DNA of 63,636 bases, the filler included, from Rozella allomycis CSF55 (Eukaryota), in the NCBI GenBank assembly GCA_000442015.1. It is 9 parts of 9 records of this genome, joined end to end, with 100 filler letters (N's around TTAATTAATTAA, not from the genome) between each part and the next. Parts side by side here need not be neighbours in the genome. Positions count along the whole stretch, not along the records: positions 24,795 to 51,161 come from KE560569.1; positions 51,262 to 54,060 come from KE560571.1; positions 54,161 to 57,052 come from KE560573.1; positions 57,153 to 58,489 come from KE560576.1; positions 58,590 to 62,216 come from KE560577.1; 4 more parts are not named here. The stretch is one strand, 5' to 3'. The notes beneath the pieces are model-generated. The model did not search any database, was not told where the DNA came from, and was given only the letters and a program-made list of their open reading frames with translations. The stretch's first letter is position 1; the number at the start of each line of letters is the position of its first letter. The position numbers and the translations under genes were made by a program. Below, piece after piece: positions 50,018 through 62,316 of the stretch.

Positions 50018-51067
50018 ATGAGTTTAAAGCACATTGAGCAATTTCTCAAAGGAACAAATTTGGATAAATGCGTTGCTGTTGTCGTTGGTGGAACTTCAGG
50101 AATAGGACAGGGTATTGCTATTAAGCTAGCATCCCTCAATGCAAAGGTGATAATTGCTGGAAGAAATGCTGAGGCACTAGCGCCAATGAATGATAAGATA
50201 GATGAATTTTACCCAAAAGCTCCGAAAATTGAATTTAAAAAGGTAGATTTGCTGGAATTTGCAGATATTAACCGTTTTACATCAGATCTAAACAATTCCC
50301 TGCCTAAAATTGATTATTTGATCCTCACTGCCGGTATTATGAGAATGGGTGGAAGACAAGATACTTTAAGTGGATTAGACGATAAAATGACTGTCCATTA
50401 TTATTCCAAAGTTGTAGTTATTAAAAATCTAATACCCCTCTTGCAAAGGAGCTTCGGCGCTGGTAATCAACCAAAAGTATTGAGTGTCTTTGCTGCTGGG
50501 TTGGGAAGAATGGTTGATAAAAACGACTTGGATCNAAGTTGCAGTTATTAAAAATCTCATACCCCTCTTGCAAAGGAGCTTCGGCGCTGGTAATCATCCA
50601 AAAGTATTGAGTGTCTTTGCTGCTGGGTTGGGAAGAATGGTTGATAAAAACGACTTGGATCTTAAGCACTGTTACAGTCTTAAAAATGCGGCCGACGCAT
50701 GCTCATTGTACAACGATCTGATGGTACAAGTAAGAGTATAGACGCAGATTTACGTTAGGAATTAGCAAAAGAATACGAAAATGTTTCATTTATTCACGCT
50801 AGGCCTGGTGTGATTGATACACCGTTAATCCTTAAAGGCATGCCGTGGTACATTAAACCAACCTATTATTTATTGAAACCCTTTATGAGATCTCCCGATA
50901 ATTGTGCAAGCTTCATGGTTCATGGAATGCTGAATGCCAAATTTCCTGGATGGCAGCTTCTGAATGAACATGGAGAGCAAATTGAAAAGTGCAAGGATCA
51001 TACCGACGAAAATTCATCACTAGTTTGGAATCATACATGTCAGATTTTAGGTGAAAAACTAAAATAA
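50018..51067 (+). CDS. Short-chain dehydrogenase/reductase
   Basis: VVVGGTSGIG, VIIAGRN, IDYLILTAG, HARPGVIDT; n-duplication at 50536; one intron. Confidence 0.9.
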
Positions 51068-51304
51068 AGGGAGTTTTTCACGCGATTAACGTCTAACGAA
51101 TTGTCCTTTCAATTTTCTTGTGCTTGTATAATCAACGTCAATAATAACTATAAAGTCAATCNNNNNNNNNNNNNNNNNNNNNNNNNNNNNNNNNNNNNNN
51201 NNNNNTTAATTAATTAANNNNNNNNNNNNNNNNNNNNNNNNNNNNNNNNNNNNNNNNNNNNTCTAAGTTATTTTAAAAAAATTACTAAATCTAAACAGGA
51301 AAAA

Positions 51305-54060
51305 GTGGAAGACTTGATCGAAATTGTCTGGGATGGAAACAACTCTCAAGAGAAGTCCCCATCACCAGAACCTCTTGAAGATTCNAACATTAACCATCAT
51401 ATGGACTACTTCAAGTCCACATTTGGTTCTGCTCCAATGGGAAACTATATGGAAGAAATAAATATTGATGTTGAAAGCGATGAAGTTGTTGTTGTTAATG
51501 AAAATTTATTAAGTGATGTTGTTAATCTAAATAATGATAATGAAAGTATCTTACTTGAGGAACCATCTTCCATTCCTTCTTTTAATTCTATTAATATCAG
51601 GCAATCTAATGCGAATCATGAAATTTCTAACTTGCCAGACTCTAATCTTTATTCTTCTTCTTCGTCGCCGTCGGATCCTGGTGAGGTGATGTTGATTGAT
51701 CTTCAATGTCCATCTTCTATTTCTAATCCTCTATCCATATCTAATTTAAATATAATCAAAAATCAAACATTACCTTACCAAGTCGATGCTTCAACTAATG
51801 TTAATCGTGAAATTTCTAACTTACCAGCTTCCCACTCACCAATTCTCTGTTCTTCATCTCCACCTTCATCGGATCTTGGTGAGGTGATGTTGATTGATCT
51901 TCCATGTTCCTCATCTATTTCCAATTCTAATCCTAATTCTATTTCTAATTCTTATTCCAATTCTGATCCTAATTCGAATTCTACCTCTATTATAAATCAA
52001 TCTAAATATCAATCATTACCTTGCCAAGTCGATGCATTAACCTATAATGAGCACCTTACATCTATGTCTAATTCTGTTTTACATCCGGTCTCTTATCCAA
52101 ATTCTAAATTATCTATGGTTGATGTATCTATGAATCAATCATTACCTTGCCAAAACGATACTTCAAGAACAACGGAAATTCACGATTGTTTTTCCCCTGT
52201 GGTTGGCAGAAAGTCTTTCAATTTTAGCGAAACATTTAGAGAAAATTCATTCTTACTCAATTCTTGTGGTCCAAAGGGCTCGGCTTTCACAAACGATTCT
52301 CTTACTTTTGTCTACCCAACAAAAATCTCAAAAGGTCCTAACTCTTCTAATACTTCCCTAATAACTTCGTTTAATGATATTTCCAGGCCGGCGTATCGAA
52401 AGAATTCACTCTTAAACGTTTCATGTTCTTCAAACAACTTCAGTTTGGAAGTCTCTTCATCAAAGCTGGAACATCCGAGTTCTAAAATGGCAACCTTATC
52501 AAACCCATCAATAACTATTGGATCTAAATCTGTGAATAAGTTGAAAATACCTCCTTTTCTATTTTCCTCATGTCCTTCCACCTTGATCCCTGGAGACATC
52601 AAAAATGCTGGTCTCGAGCTGCAAGAAGTTTCATGTTCTCTAAATTCTAAGTTGATACATATTGAACCTAAATTAAAGGATGGAAAAGTGTTACTTCAAT
52701 CTTCTCTTAATCATGACAACCAAAACAAATGGCTCAGCCAGTTTCCTTTTGAACTCAACATGACAGGGAAAGGAAATAAAATGAACTTCGAACAAATACA
52801 TTTATTAAAACATAAAAAATATTCGATGCAAACTGAAAGGGATGGAAACGGATATCATATTTCTTCTGGAGGTGATATTGCTGGAGAGAAGGTTTCTGGC
52901 AACGAAATACAAGATAATTCATTTAATTCAAAGAGCGAAAAAGAGAATACTTCCAAAAATTTCATAATTGACAATCATTCCTGCCCTCCAGATCCTAGTT
53001 CTAACTTAATGAAGAAAGATAATCGAATTACCGCTTCCAGACAATTACATGAGAAACACGAGAAGCATTTCCATACTCCAGATGGAATGCAATCTGACAT
53101 TCAAACGATATTAATTTCATCGCCAAAACAAGAACCCACATCAATTTTAGAAACATCTGTACAAACTAGAATGATTTGTAGTCATCAACAGGGAGAACAT
53201 CCTATAAATACAACGGTTAAACCTAAGTTAAAAATGAATGAATACTTACCAATCAATGCAGAGGATTGTTCTCAGAATTTCTATTCAGAGAATTCCCTTC
53301 TATCTAATACTTCTTCTAATTCCCGTTTTAAAAATGCATTTCAGCTTAGTTTGCCTTCTGGAAACTCTCCAAAGACTACTTCTCTAAAAGTTTCTCCCAA
53401 GGATACTTCTATTTCAAATGTCCCATCTAAAGCCAGGACTTCCTCACCGAATGGAAATGGAAGAAACCTGGTTAAAATATCTAAGATTAAAAAAAGAAGT
53501 ATCTTACCCAGAAAAGAAAAGAACATGCTGGAAACTAAGAGAACGAAATTTCCAGAATTGTCTACACTTACTAAACATGTCTTTAAACGTAAAAACAACA
53601 ATTCTAATAGTATTTTAAAATATTTTAAAGTCGAAAGCGATCTTGAGTGCGAAGAGGGAGGCGAAAAGCCCCACGACGTAATGAGAAGTGGTGAGGGTGG
53701 GGAACCAAATATATTTAAGAGAAATAGAGCAGATATAGACATAGATATAGATGTTTCATCAAATAAAGAAGAACAATTCAGAAGAGATAACGGAAAAATA
53801 GTTGTAAATGGAGAAAGTGAAGGGGAAGAAATACTGAGACCTCATGAACAAGAACAAGAAATCCCAATTCAAGAAGGAGTAGAGATATTAGATGATGATG
53901 AGGGAGGAGTAAAGGAGAAAGGAGATGTAGTCGAGAGGCATAAATTCAACTCGGATAAAGTGATATTAGAAGATGATGAGGGGGGAGTAGATGTACTGAT
54001 GGGCACGGAATTTGATCGATTCGAAACAGAAGTAGAAAAGGGAGGAGTAAAGGAACAGGG
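51305..54060 (+). CDS. Long intronless Ser/Asn-rich low-complexity ORF of unknown function (open at 3' end)
   Basis: >900 uninterrupted codons in AT-rich DNA; internal repeat EISNLP..PSD.GEVMLIDL.C.SSISN; acidic C-terminus. Confidence 0.5.
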
Positions 54061-54287
54061 NNNNNNNNNNNNNNNNNNNNNNNNNNNNNNNNNNNNNNNN
54101 NNNNTTAATTAATTAANNNNNNNNNNNNNNNNNNNNNNNNNNNNNNNNNNNNNNNNNNNNATGCTGGTTTGAGGCTGTGCGAGTGGGAGTATAAAGATAT
54201 TCAAGTATCCATTGGAACTCAAAGCGGAAGGCAAAGAAGGTAAATAACTGTAAGGTGAAATAAAAAAGGTAAAGCGATGCACAATAA

Positions 54288-54359
54288 GACGCTTTGGCAT
54301 GATGGCTAATGCCATGTCCTGTGTCTGCGTGGTCTTGGGTTCGATCCCTCGTAACGTAC
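54288..54359 (+). pseudogene. Degenerate tRNA-His(GTG)-like sequence (pseudo-tRNA or SINE head)
   Basis: A-box TGGCATGATGG, D-stem GCA/TGC, loop CTGTGTC, B-box GGTTCGATCCC, T-run after; acceptor and T stems are mismatched. Confidence 0.45.
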
Positions 54360-54997
54360 TTTGTCGTTCCTTTTTTCCCTCCTTTCTTGGGCTTAAAAAC
54401 GCAAAAAGTATGGGCTGCAAACTTAAAAAGTTTACGCGANAAAAGTATGGGCTGCAAACTTAAAAAGTTTACGCGAGGTCAAAAGTGGGCTTATGAGAGT
54501 AAATCGATGGGCTGGGAAAATATGTGACCCAAAATCTTCAATCCCCATAATCCTATCAATATTCTCATCATGTATCAACAGCACCTCCTCAAACAATAAT
54601 TACCTCATATCCCAGTTTAATAAAAGGTTCCTAACCAGGTGACAGGGGCAGGCAAACCACTGGTTCTAAAAGAAATACTATCATTAATTTGGTTTTGGAA
54701 AAATTGAATCAATGCTACTTCAGAAACATTGTTGCAAAATAATAATAATGCATTTACTAAACCGTTTGAGTATTAAGAATCATATAATAATGCTTCAAAT
54801 ATAGCTAAAATGAGAGATGGAAAACAAAGAGCTCAAGGGGAACAATTTGATTATGAAGCTTCAATGTTTTATACATTATTCATGGATAATCCAAATAATG
54901 CTTCAACTAGTGATAAAAATGTGTTAAATGAATCCAAATCTCATTTTGGCGCTTCTAGGGGTGAAGCGTCGCTGTCATGTTGATATATTTGTATCAA

Positions 54998-56634
54998 CAT
55001 CTTTCGCGAGCTTGAATGTTCGTGTTCTTAAAAATTTTAATGATCTCAATTTTTTAGAATTTTTTTACAGAATTCTCAAAAAATGAAATTCAAATTTTAT
55101 GTGTACAAGATCATCATTTTATTGATGATTTTTCGAATGACAGTTTTCCAAACAGCGTTTGGACTTCAGCCACCACTAGTCATCATGGTGGTGTAGCAAT
55201 AATTTCTTTTAATCCTGCAGTAAGCTTTAAAATTATAGATAGAGACCATAATTATATTTTAGTGGAAATTTTAAATGTAATGACTGAAAAATTATATTTA
55301 TTAAATATTTATGGTCCACCTCAAAAAACTCTTACATCTGCTTTTGTTGACACTTTACCAATTATAAGGCAAATTACAAACTTGATTGTTATGGGCGACT
55401 TTAATTGTACTAGTAATATTTCTGACAGAATGCCACAATCCGGTATTGATATGGGTATTGGAAATTTTGGAATAAGTGGCTAGACAATATGGTTGACGTG
55501 TTTGAGATTTGTGGACAACAAAATTCTAAATTTACTTATATAAATGCGTCAAGAGAAAATTCAAGGAGTAGAATTGATAAAATATTTATTCGTAATAATC
55601 CTTAACAATAAAAGGCGAGTTTCCATGGTAAAGATAAACAATAACAATTTCAAGAGTTCGCGCAAAAGGCATTAATGTACGTTATTAGATCTTCACTCAT
55701 ATATGATCACAATCAGTTAACAATACTCATCTATGAAAATAACATGTGACGATGAGATCTACGATTCTTCATTCTACCAAAACCCTAAACCCACGTGACC
55801 GCGTCAATGAGATATCGCAAATCCAACCACAAGTTTGAGACATAAATGCTTTAAATTAATTAAAGTGTCACTCAAATATCACTGTCATTATTTATTGATG
55901 AAAAATATCCTGTGAGCTACGAAAGGCATTAGATAATTACCCACAAAGGGATACACATAAATGAACATATGCTAATGATTATTAATAATTAAAATTAAAA
56001 AAAACGATCAAAGCGAGCTCAACAGCTAGTTTGAGAAATTTTTTAAATAAACCATTAAAAGGAATTTTCTATCCACGGTCTGACCATATGATCATAACCT
56101 GTACAATAGGTGACACCAGATAAAAGATGATGGTCCAGATTTCTGGAAATTAAATAATTCCATTTTGAATGACATGGAATTCCAAATAGATTTAAATCGA
56201 TATATATTTGACTTTAAAACAAGATCCGCAAATTGGATTAATGACTGGGATACCTTTAAGGATGGTATAAAAATTATGAGCATTGAATTTGCAAATAGAA
56301 AACATCAGGCCAATGATGCTTATTATAAAAAAAATTAAATGAACTCTCAAAATATTTATCTCTTTTTAATACAAACAAAATGTTAATTGAGTATCTAAAA
56401 ATTGAATTTAGTAATTATATATTTAAAAATTTTAACGAGCAACGAATACGATCAAACAAGCAAAATTTGGAACAAAATGAACAATCAACGAAATATTTTT
56501 ATTTTATGTTGAAACAAAAGGAAAGGAAATTATTTATTGAGGGTTTATTGATAGTGAAGGTAATACACTCGAAACAACCAGTGAAAAACTTCGCGCATGT
56601 CATAAATTTTATTCGGAATAATAAACTATTTTAA
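54998..56634 (+). mobile_element. Decayed L1/Tx1-like LINE ORF2 (APE endonuclease and linker)
   Basis: FASLNVR, GGVAII, NIYGP, IVMGDFN, FTY, SRIDKIFI, SDH, WKLNNSIL, WDTFK, EQSTKYF; frameshifts and stops. Confidence 0.88.
55599..56029 (+). mobile_element. 431-bp non-autonomous Helitron
   Basis: Begins TC, ends CTAG, lies between A and T with no target-site duplication; removing it restores the LINE reading frame. Confidence 0.85.
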
Positions 56635-56699
56635 ATATAAAAAAATTGATAGTTGGAAATTGGTTCAAGACGCTAAAAGTCATAAGCTTCTGGGGCCTT

Positions 56700-56999
56700 C
56701 AATTGTTCATAAAATGCGGATCAAATCCGTTAATCAGCATATTCCTCAAAATACCATAGGCTTGCTCAGTCATCATAGGTACTGACGAAATGGTGCCAAA
56801 GCGTTTCAATTTAGAGCAAGTCACAATTAAAGTAAATTTAAATCATCAGAAGAGAGGCGACGTTGAGTTTTATTTATCCACCCCATTTAAAACTGTAGCT
56901 CAACTTTCGACCCGAAGGCAGAATGATAATTCAGCAGAGGGACTTTCAGATTGGACATTTGCTACTGATGCGATTGTAGCAGGTTGCGCTTATCCTTAA
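56700..56999 (+). pseudogene. Kexin/proprotein convertase P-domain fragment
   Basis: LEQVTIKVNLNHQKRGDVEFYLSTP...RRQND..GLSDWTF; no catalytic domain nearby. Confidence 0.7.
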
Positions 57000-58902
57000 G
57001 CTCCTGTAGCTTTGACATTAATAGGTGATGTTGCTCGGTAGTGACGTTAACTNNNNNNNNNNNNNNNNNNNNNNNNNNNNNNNNNNNNNNNNNNNNTTAA
57101 TTAATTAANNNNNNNNNNNNNNNNNNNNNNNNNNNNNNNNNNNNNNNNNNNNCTGGATATCTCCCAAATTTCGTTTGTGTACTCTTCCTTCAATGATAAA
57201 AATTTAAAAATTTGTAAATTACATTTATTTTTTGAAAAGGATGCAAACTTCATGTTCAAATGCAAGCCATTGAAGGAGACGAAGCGTCATTACAAAATGT
57301 GGTGATCAAAAGGAAAGATGAACACTTGTAAACCAATTACCGTCAATGTTTGCCATGGTGTATTAGACAAGTTTATCAAAATTCTAAAAGATCATTTACA
57401 AGTTGATACTACGTCAATTTCACCCAGGTATGCATTACGGCTCATTCTAATAGCAATTCATTATTTAAAAAGGCGTATTATTAGATTGTGGGTTGTGGTC
57501 CTAAGATGTACCCTTCCGACTAGATTTTGATTCATTGGAAAAGCCCCGATGAATATCGATGAAGTTTTTCCAGTTCTACATATTCTAAGGACATCTTTAT
57601 CTAATGAGTGGCAAAACAAGTTTTATGAAAATATCTACTCATTTTAAGAGTCAAGGATGCACTCCTTCGAAGGAACAATAAAAGTTTTTTTGCATCATGA
57701 TTTTTGCGATATTATATGAGAAATGTTGTCCCTGTGATCTTCATTCTTTCTTTTAAAGTCTTAAGCGACATCTTTAAAAACCTATTCAAAGTGGCAAATG
57801 AATATCATTTAAATAGGGAAGATCTCATTAATTTACCTCTTTCGCTATATTTCACTCCGAATAATAGNATTATAAAAGATTAATTAAAATGTAAGAATTA
57901 TTAAGAATGTAAGAAAGCATGGGTTTATTTCTATGGATTTGTTGACAAAAATGATAGTGATATATCGTTTCCATCAAGAAGAAAGATATACCAGACCATA
58001 AAGAAACTGTCTTTCTTCATGTTCTATACAGGAATAAATATCTAATATTCTTCTCAATGTGTTATCAAAACCAAATCATGATCAAATCAATTTAAAATCT
58101 AATAGTTTTAATTGTATTAAATTTAACAATGTTGATTTAAAAGTTTTTAATGTCAAAAATGGTAGATCTGTGTATATGGAGAGTAAAGGATTAATAGATA
58201 CTTTACGAATTGTAAATTTACCATTAATTATCTGTTTAATAGATTTATATGAAAGTTTGAATCGACAATCGAGAAGAACATTAGCAATGGGCACCGGCAA
58301 ATGCAGATTTAACAGCGGACAAATGTATCAACAAGAGACAAATACATCAATAATCCACAAATACAGAATCAACGATGGATAAATGCATCAACAACAGAAA
58401 ATCATAATTGTGTATACGTTATAAGACATGACTTTAATGTAAGCAAATATCATTGGTACAAAGTCGTTTCACTCAAAATGTTCACAAAGNNNNNNNNNNN
58501 NNNNNNNNNNNNNNNNNNNNNNNNNNNNNNNNNTTAATTAATTAANNNNNNNNNNNNNNNNNNNNNNNNNNNNNNNNNNNNNNNNNNNNATAGAACAAAC
58601 CGAGTTAAAAGGCTCGGAGATATTAAATACATAATCCGTTCTCATACGACTTTCGTCTATTCTTAACTAATTTACTTTCTATTTCATTCATTTAGATCTA
58701 TAAAGCCGTAATGGTGAGTCTCATTACGACAATAAGCATTCATAATAGAAAATACTACATTATACCGATGAAAAATGAGAATAGATTATCTCGGATTGTG
58801 CATTGCGTTTTTTTATCAGAATATAGATCCATCAGTATAGAGATCCTTCAAATGGCAACCAATTACCATGGCAACCACGCTTTTACTTTTTAGTATTACA
58901 GA

Positions 58903-61900
58903 CTAACGGTTGTGCTCGCTTTGCTCGCATTGTACCATTCTTAGCAAAAAACATATTTCATTAAAACAATTAACAAATCTATTTACATGGGTCACAACTG
59001 TAAAGTGCAGGAGCGAAAGATATATTAATTGACATGTGCAATTAACTTTCCGGATAGTGGGGTGTGGTGGATTTGCAGGACTGAGATGTCGTTCATAAAT
59101 CTTGCATGCGATAAAGGCACCTACAGTTGTCCATGAGTAAACACAGGACCTGATAAAACGATGCCTACCTTTTTCAACGTCTGACCCTGCGCTTTGTTTA
59201 TGGTCATGGCAAAGCACAATCCGACAGGAAATTGCTTTCTTCGTAATACAAATGGTAAGGGTTGAGGGGCTTAAAACAATGCGGGATAAACACTCTTTGG
59301 CCTTTAAATTTTTCTAGCGCGATTTCAGCATCGATATGATTGGCACCCAGGCCACGAACTATTAACCGGGTGTTATTACGTAACCCTTGGTACGGATCTA
59401 AATTTCGTAACAAACTATTGGCACGCCTATGTTAAGAACCAATTTGTGGGCGGGTAATCCATTGACAATAAGCGAGTTTTAATATTCAGTGGAAAACAAT
59501 CTGGCTTCTTCTGCATCTTCGACGCTATCAGCACTATCATATGTCTTAGAAAACCCTTGAATTGACTCCCGGATTTGATCGTTTATGAAATCAACATCCG
59601 AGTTTTGTGGCGTTAAAATCGCACTTTGCAAGATATTCTGTATTCGAACGATGTTGATGCAAGTCGGGAAACACAGTGTTGATGAATGTGTCCATGTTAT
59701 TGGTCTCAATGACAATATCTCGTGGTAGCATCATTAGATTCTCGGCATTGTTAGAACGCCTTCCTGCTCCGATTTCTATGGGGCAGTTTGCAAAGTCATT
59801 ATGCATAGCCCTATTGTTAGATGTTAGATGAAATCGATTTAATTGTGGCCAAATATATGAGTGTCGCAATGCTTCCGCTACAATATCGTGTCTGCCATCA
59901 GTTATCACGTAGCACGACTTTGACAAAAATCTCACCCCACAAAGAACAGGCACGCGGCCAAACAATTCATTGCAATTGCGCACATCTCGTAAACTACGCT
60001 CGCCGGGCTCAATGGCATATCGATGAACATAGGTATTTCGTCCCAGATCTCAACATGTCCGCTAACCGGCCTTGTACTGGTATGTTGCATGTACGGTGAC
60101 CATCTAATGTTAAAGGAACGTTAAATTTATAATGAGCTGTGCGTCCCCTTGCAACAAATATGCGCCGATATAGCTGGATGCCACAGCTAGAACGATCTTA
60201 CCCTTACTTCTATGCTACGCCAGAAAGACCGTGTAGAGGAATGTCTTGTCAGAGCCACCTGGCTATCCACAAAACAACTCACCTGATTGCCACCGTTAAG
60301 CACTACGTTAGTTACATGGTCAAACTGCATCTATTGTGTCTGCAGAATAATTCAATTTATCGGCGATCAAGTCATTGTCATTAAAACATTTACTGTATTT
60401 GCATCGGCATGATCGTCATATATTTGTGGGAGACCTGGATTGGTATGATAAAGTTCACCTTGAAAACTTAGTAGTTCACGAATAGCTATGGTTACGTTGN
60501 ACTATCATGGGGAGACGGTTCCGGAGTTCATCGAAAGATTCCAAGATCTTTTGGCGGAAAAAGTTCACCTTGAAAACTTAGTAGTTCACGAATAGCTATG
60601 GTTACGTTGTTGTACCTTTCATTGTCCGGCAAGTGGTCAAAATCTTCTGAAAGGGCATGCTTATGTGCGTTCCATAATTCGGATATATTTTGCGGTGCAC
60701 CAAGCGTCAGTATGGTAACAAAAAGCTGTCGCAGCATAGTGTGTGGCATCTTCCAAACATTGGTTATATTCTCTGTTGTCATCAATTAATCTCCGGGCTG
60801 CCGCTGCTCCTTTGAAATGTTCGCAAGAAAGAAAATGACGTCGCACCTTNCAGCATAGTGTGTGGCCTCTTCCAAACATTGGTTATATTCTCTGTTGTCA
60901 TTAATTAATCCCCGGGCAGCCGCTGCTCCTTTGAAATGTTCGCAAGAAAGAAAATGACGTCACACCTTTGACCGTTTGTATTAACATTGGCACATGACAT
61001 CGTACACACAGACGGCGAGACAGAGTAAAGTCTATGTATAACATTCTGAGATCGTTGTCTACGGCGCCATAAATTTTTCATCCACACATGTGACTTGTAC
61101 ACATATGTGTTCAAATACTTTACGGACTTTACGGATGAACATATCGCAATGTTTGTATGGCATTGAAATTTCATAACAAACAAATGGTTGCACGGTAGAA
61201 TCCATTAATTTTTAATGCTCACCGCCCGGCGGTTTATAACCTTCTTAATCTCACGATGGTTTGGCGACGTCGATACATTGGGTAGCCATTAGTGTGGATC
61301 AGTTTGACTCATGTATGGAGATTGGGGGTTAATGGGTTACATAAACACATCTGGCTTTCCAAACTCACGTACGATTGACATTGAATCCTGGTATATTTAC
61401 AGCATAGCTCTAGGACATGCGGTAAAGCTTGATGGTAAAACGATTCGTCGTCCGACACGTTTATTATTATTTGCAAAAGCATCTTGAAGGCCTTGGTAAA
61501 GTTCAGATCTTATTTTTCGCTAATGAGTTCTAAAATAGTTAAATCGCCCTGTTTAATTTTTGGAGTATTGATCCACAATAAATTGTTAAAAAAGTTTTCC
61601 GCCTAAATGAATTGGATGATTTTGGGGTCATCAGTACGAAGCTGTAAATAAAACGATGTCTATTGGAGTTGAGTTATACGTCGGCCTCTTGTATTCATAA
61701 AATTGGGTGTCCATCCTGACTCACCATGCGGAAACAAAAGTGGATATTGTAAAGGGTCGTAGTGCCTGCTCAACTCCGAAATTGTTTTCAAACTATTATC
61801 ACGATGTCTCAAAATAAATTCACGCTTGTTTTTTTCATTCTCATTATCAATTATTAAAACGGAAACATCGTCAGCAGTAGGTAAATTATGTCTTCGTAAA

Positions 61901-62216
61901 TCCATTGGGCTATTTGCTTTTAATTGCAAACAAATTTCCGGCGCTTGAATTTTTCTTAAATGTTGAAATAGCATAACATATGGATTGATTCGATGTAATA
62001 GGTCACCAATCGTATTGTACACAAACGGATCCAAAGTCGGAAAGATCTGTAAACGTCTTTCATTTTGGGCTTGGCTGTCATAAAAAAATATTTGAGCAAA
62101 CTTGGCTGGGTCGTCATTCATTGGAGATCACGAACCGATTTGATGATACAATTGGCCTTTTATTCTAAATGTGAAGTTCCATGGTTATTATTTGCTAATT
62201 GGGTATCCACATTTAC
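58903..62216 (-). mobile_element. Decayed canonical Helitron (Rep-helicase), 3' terminus at 58903
   Basis: [104 protein letters not shown]; many frameshifts; ends ...CCGTTAG|T. Confidence 0.92.
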
Positions 62217-62316
62217 NNNNNNNNNNNNNNNNNNNNNNNNNNNNNNNNNNNNNNNNNNNNTTAATTAATTAANNNNNNNNNNNNNNNNNNNNNNNNNNNN
62301 NNNNNNNNNNNNNNNN

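Noticed and set aside
28452-51067. Metabolic gene cluster (acyl-CoA oxidase, PEX11, ABCG, SDR, mannosidase)
   Set aside because: Interspersed with unrelated housekeeping genes; no evidence of functional clustering.
57153-58489. Short ORFs on contig 7
   Set aside because: Fragmented by stops and no family recognised; possibly a decayed gene, but not supportable.
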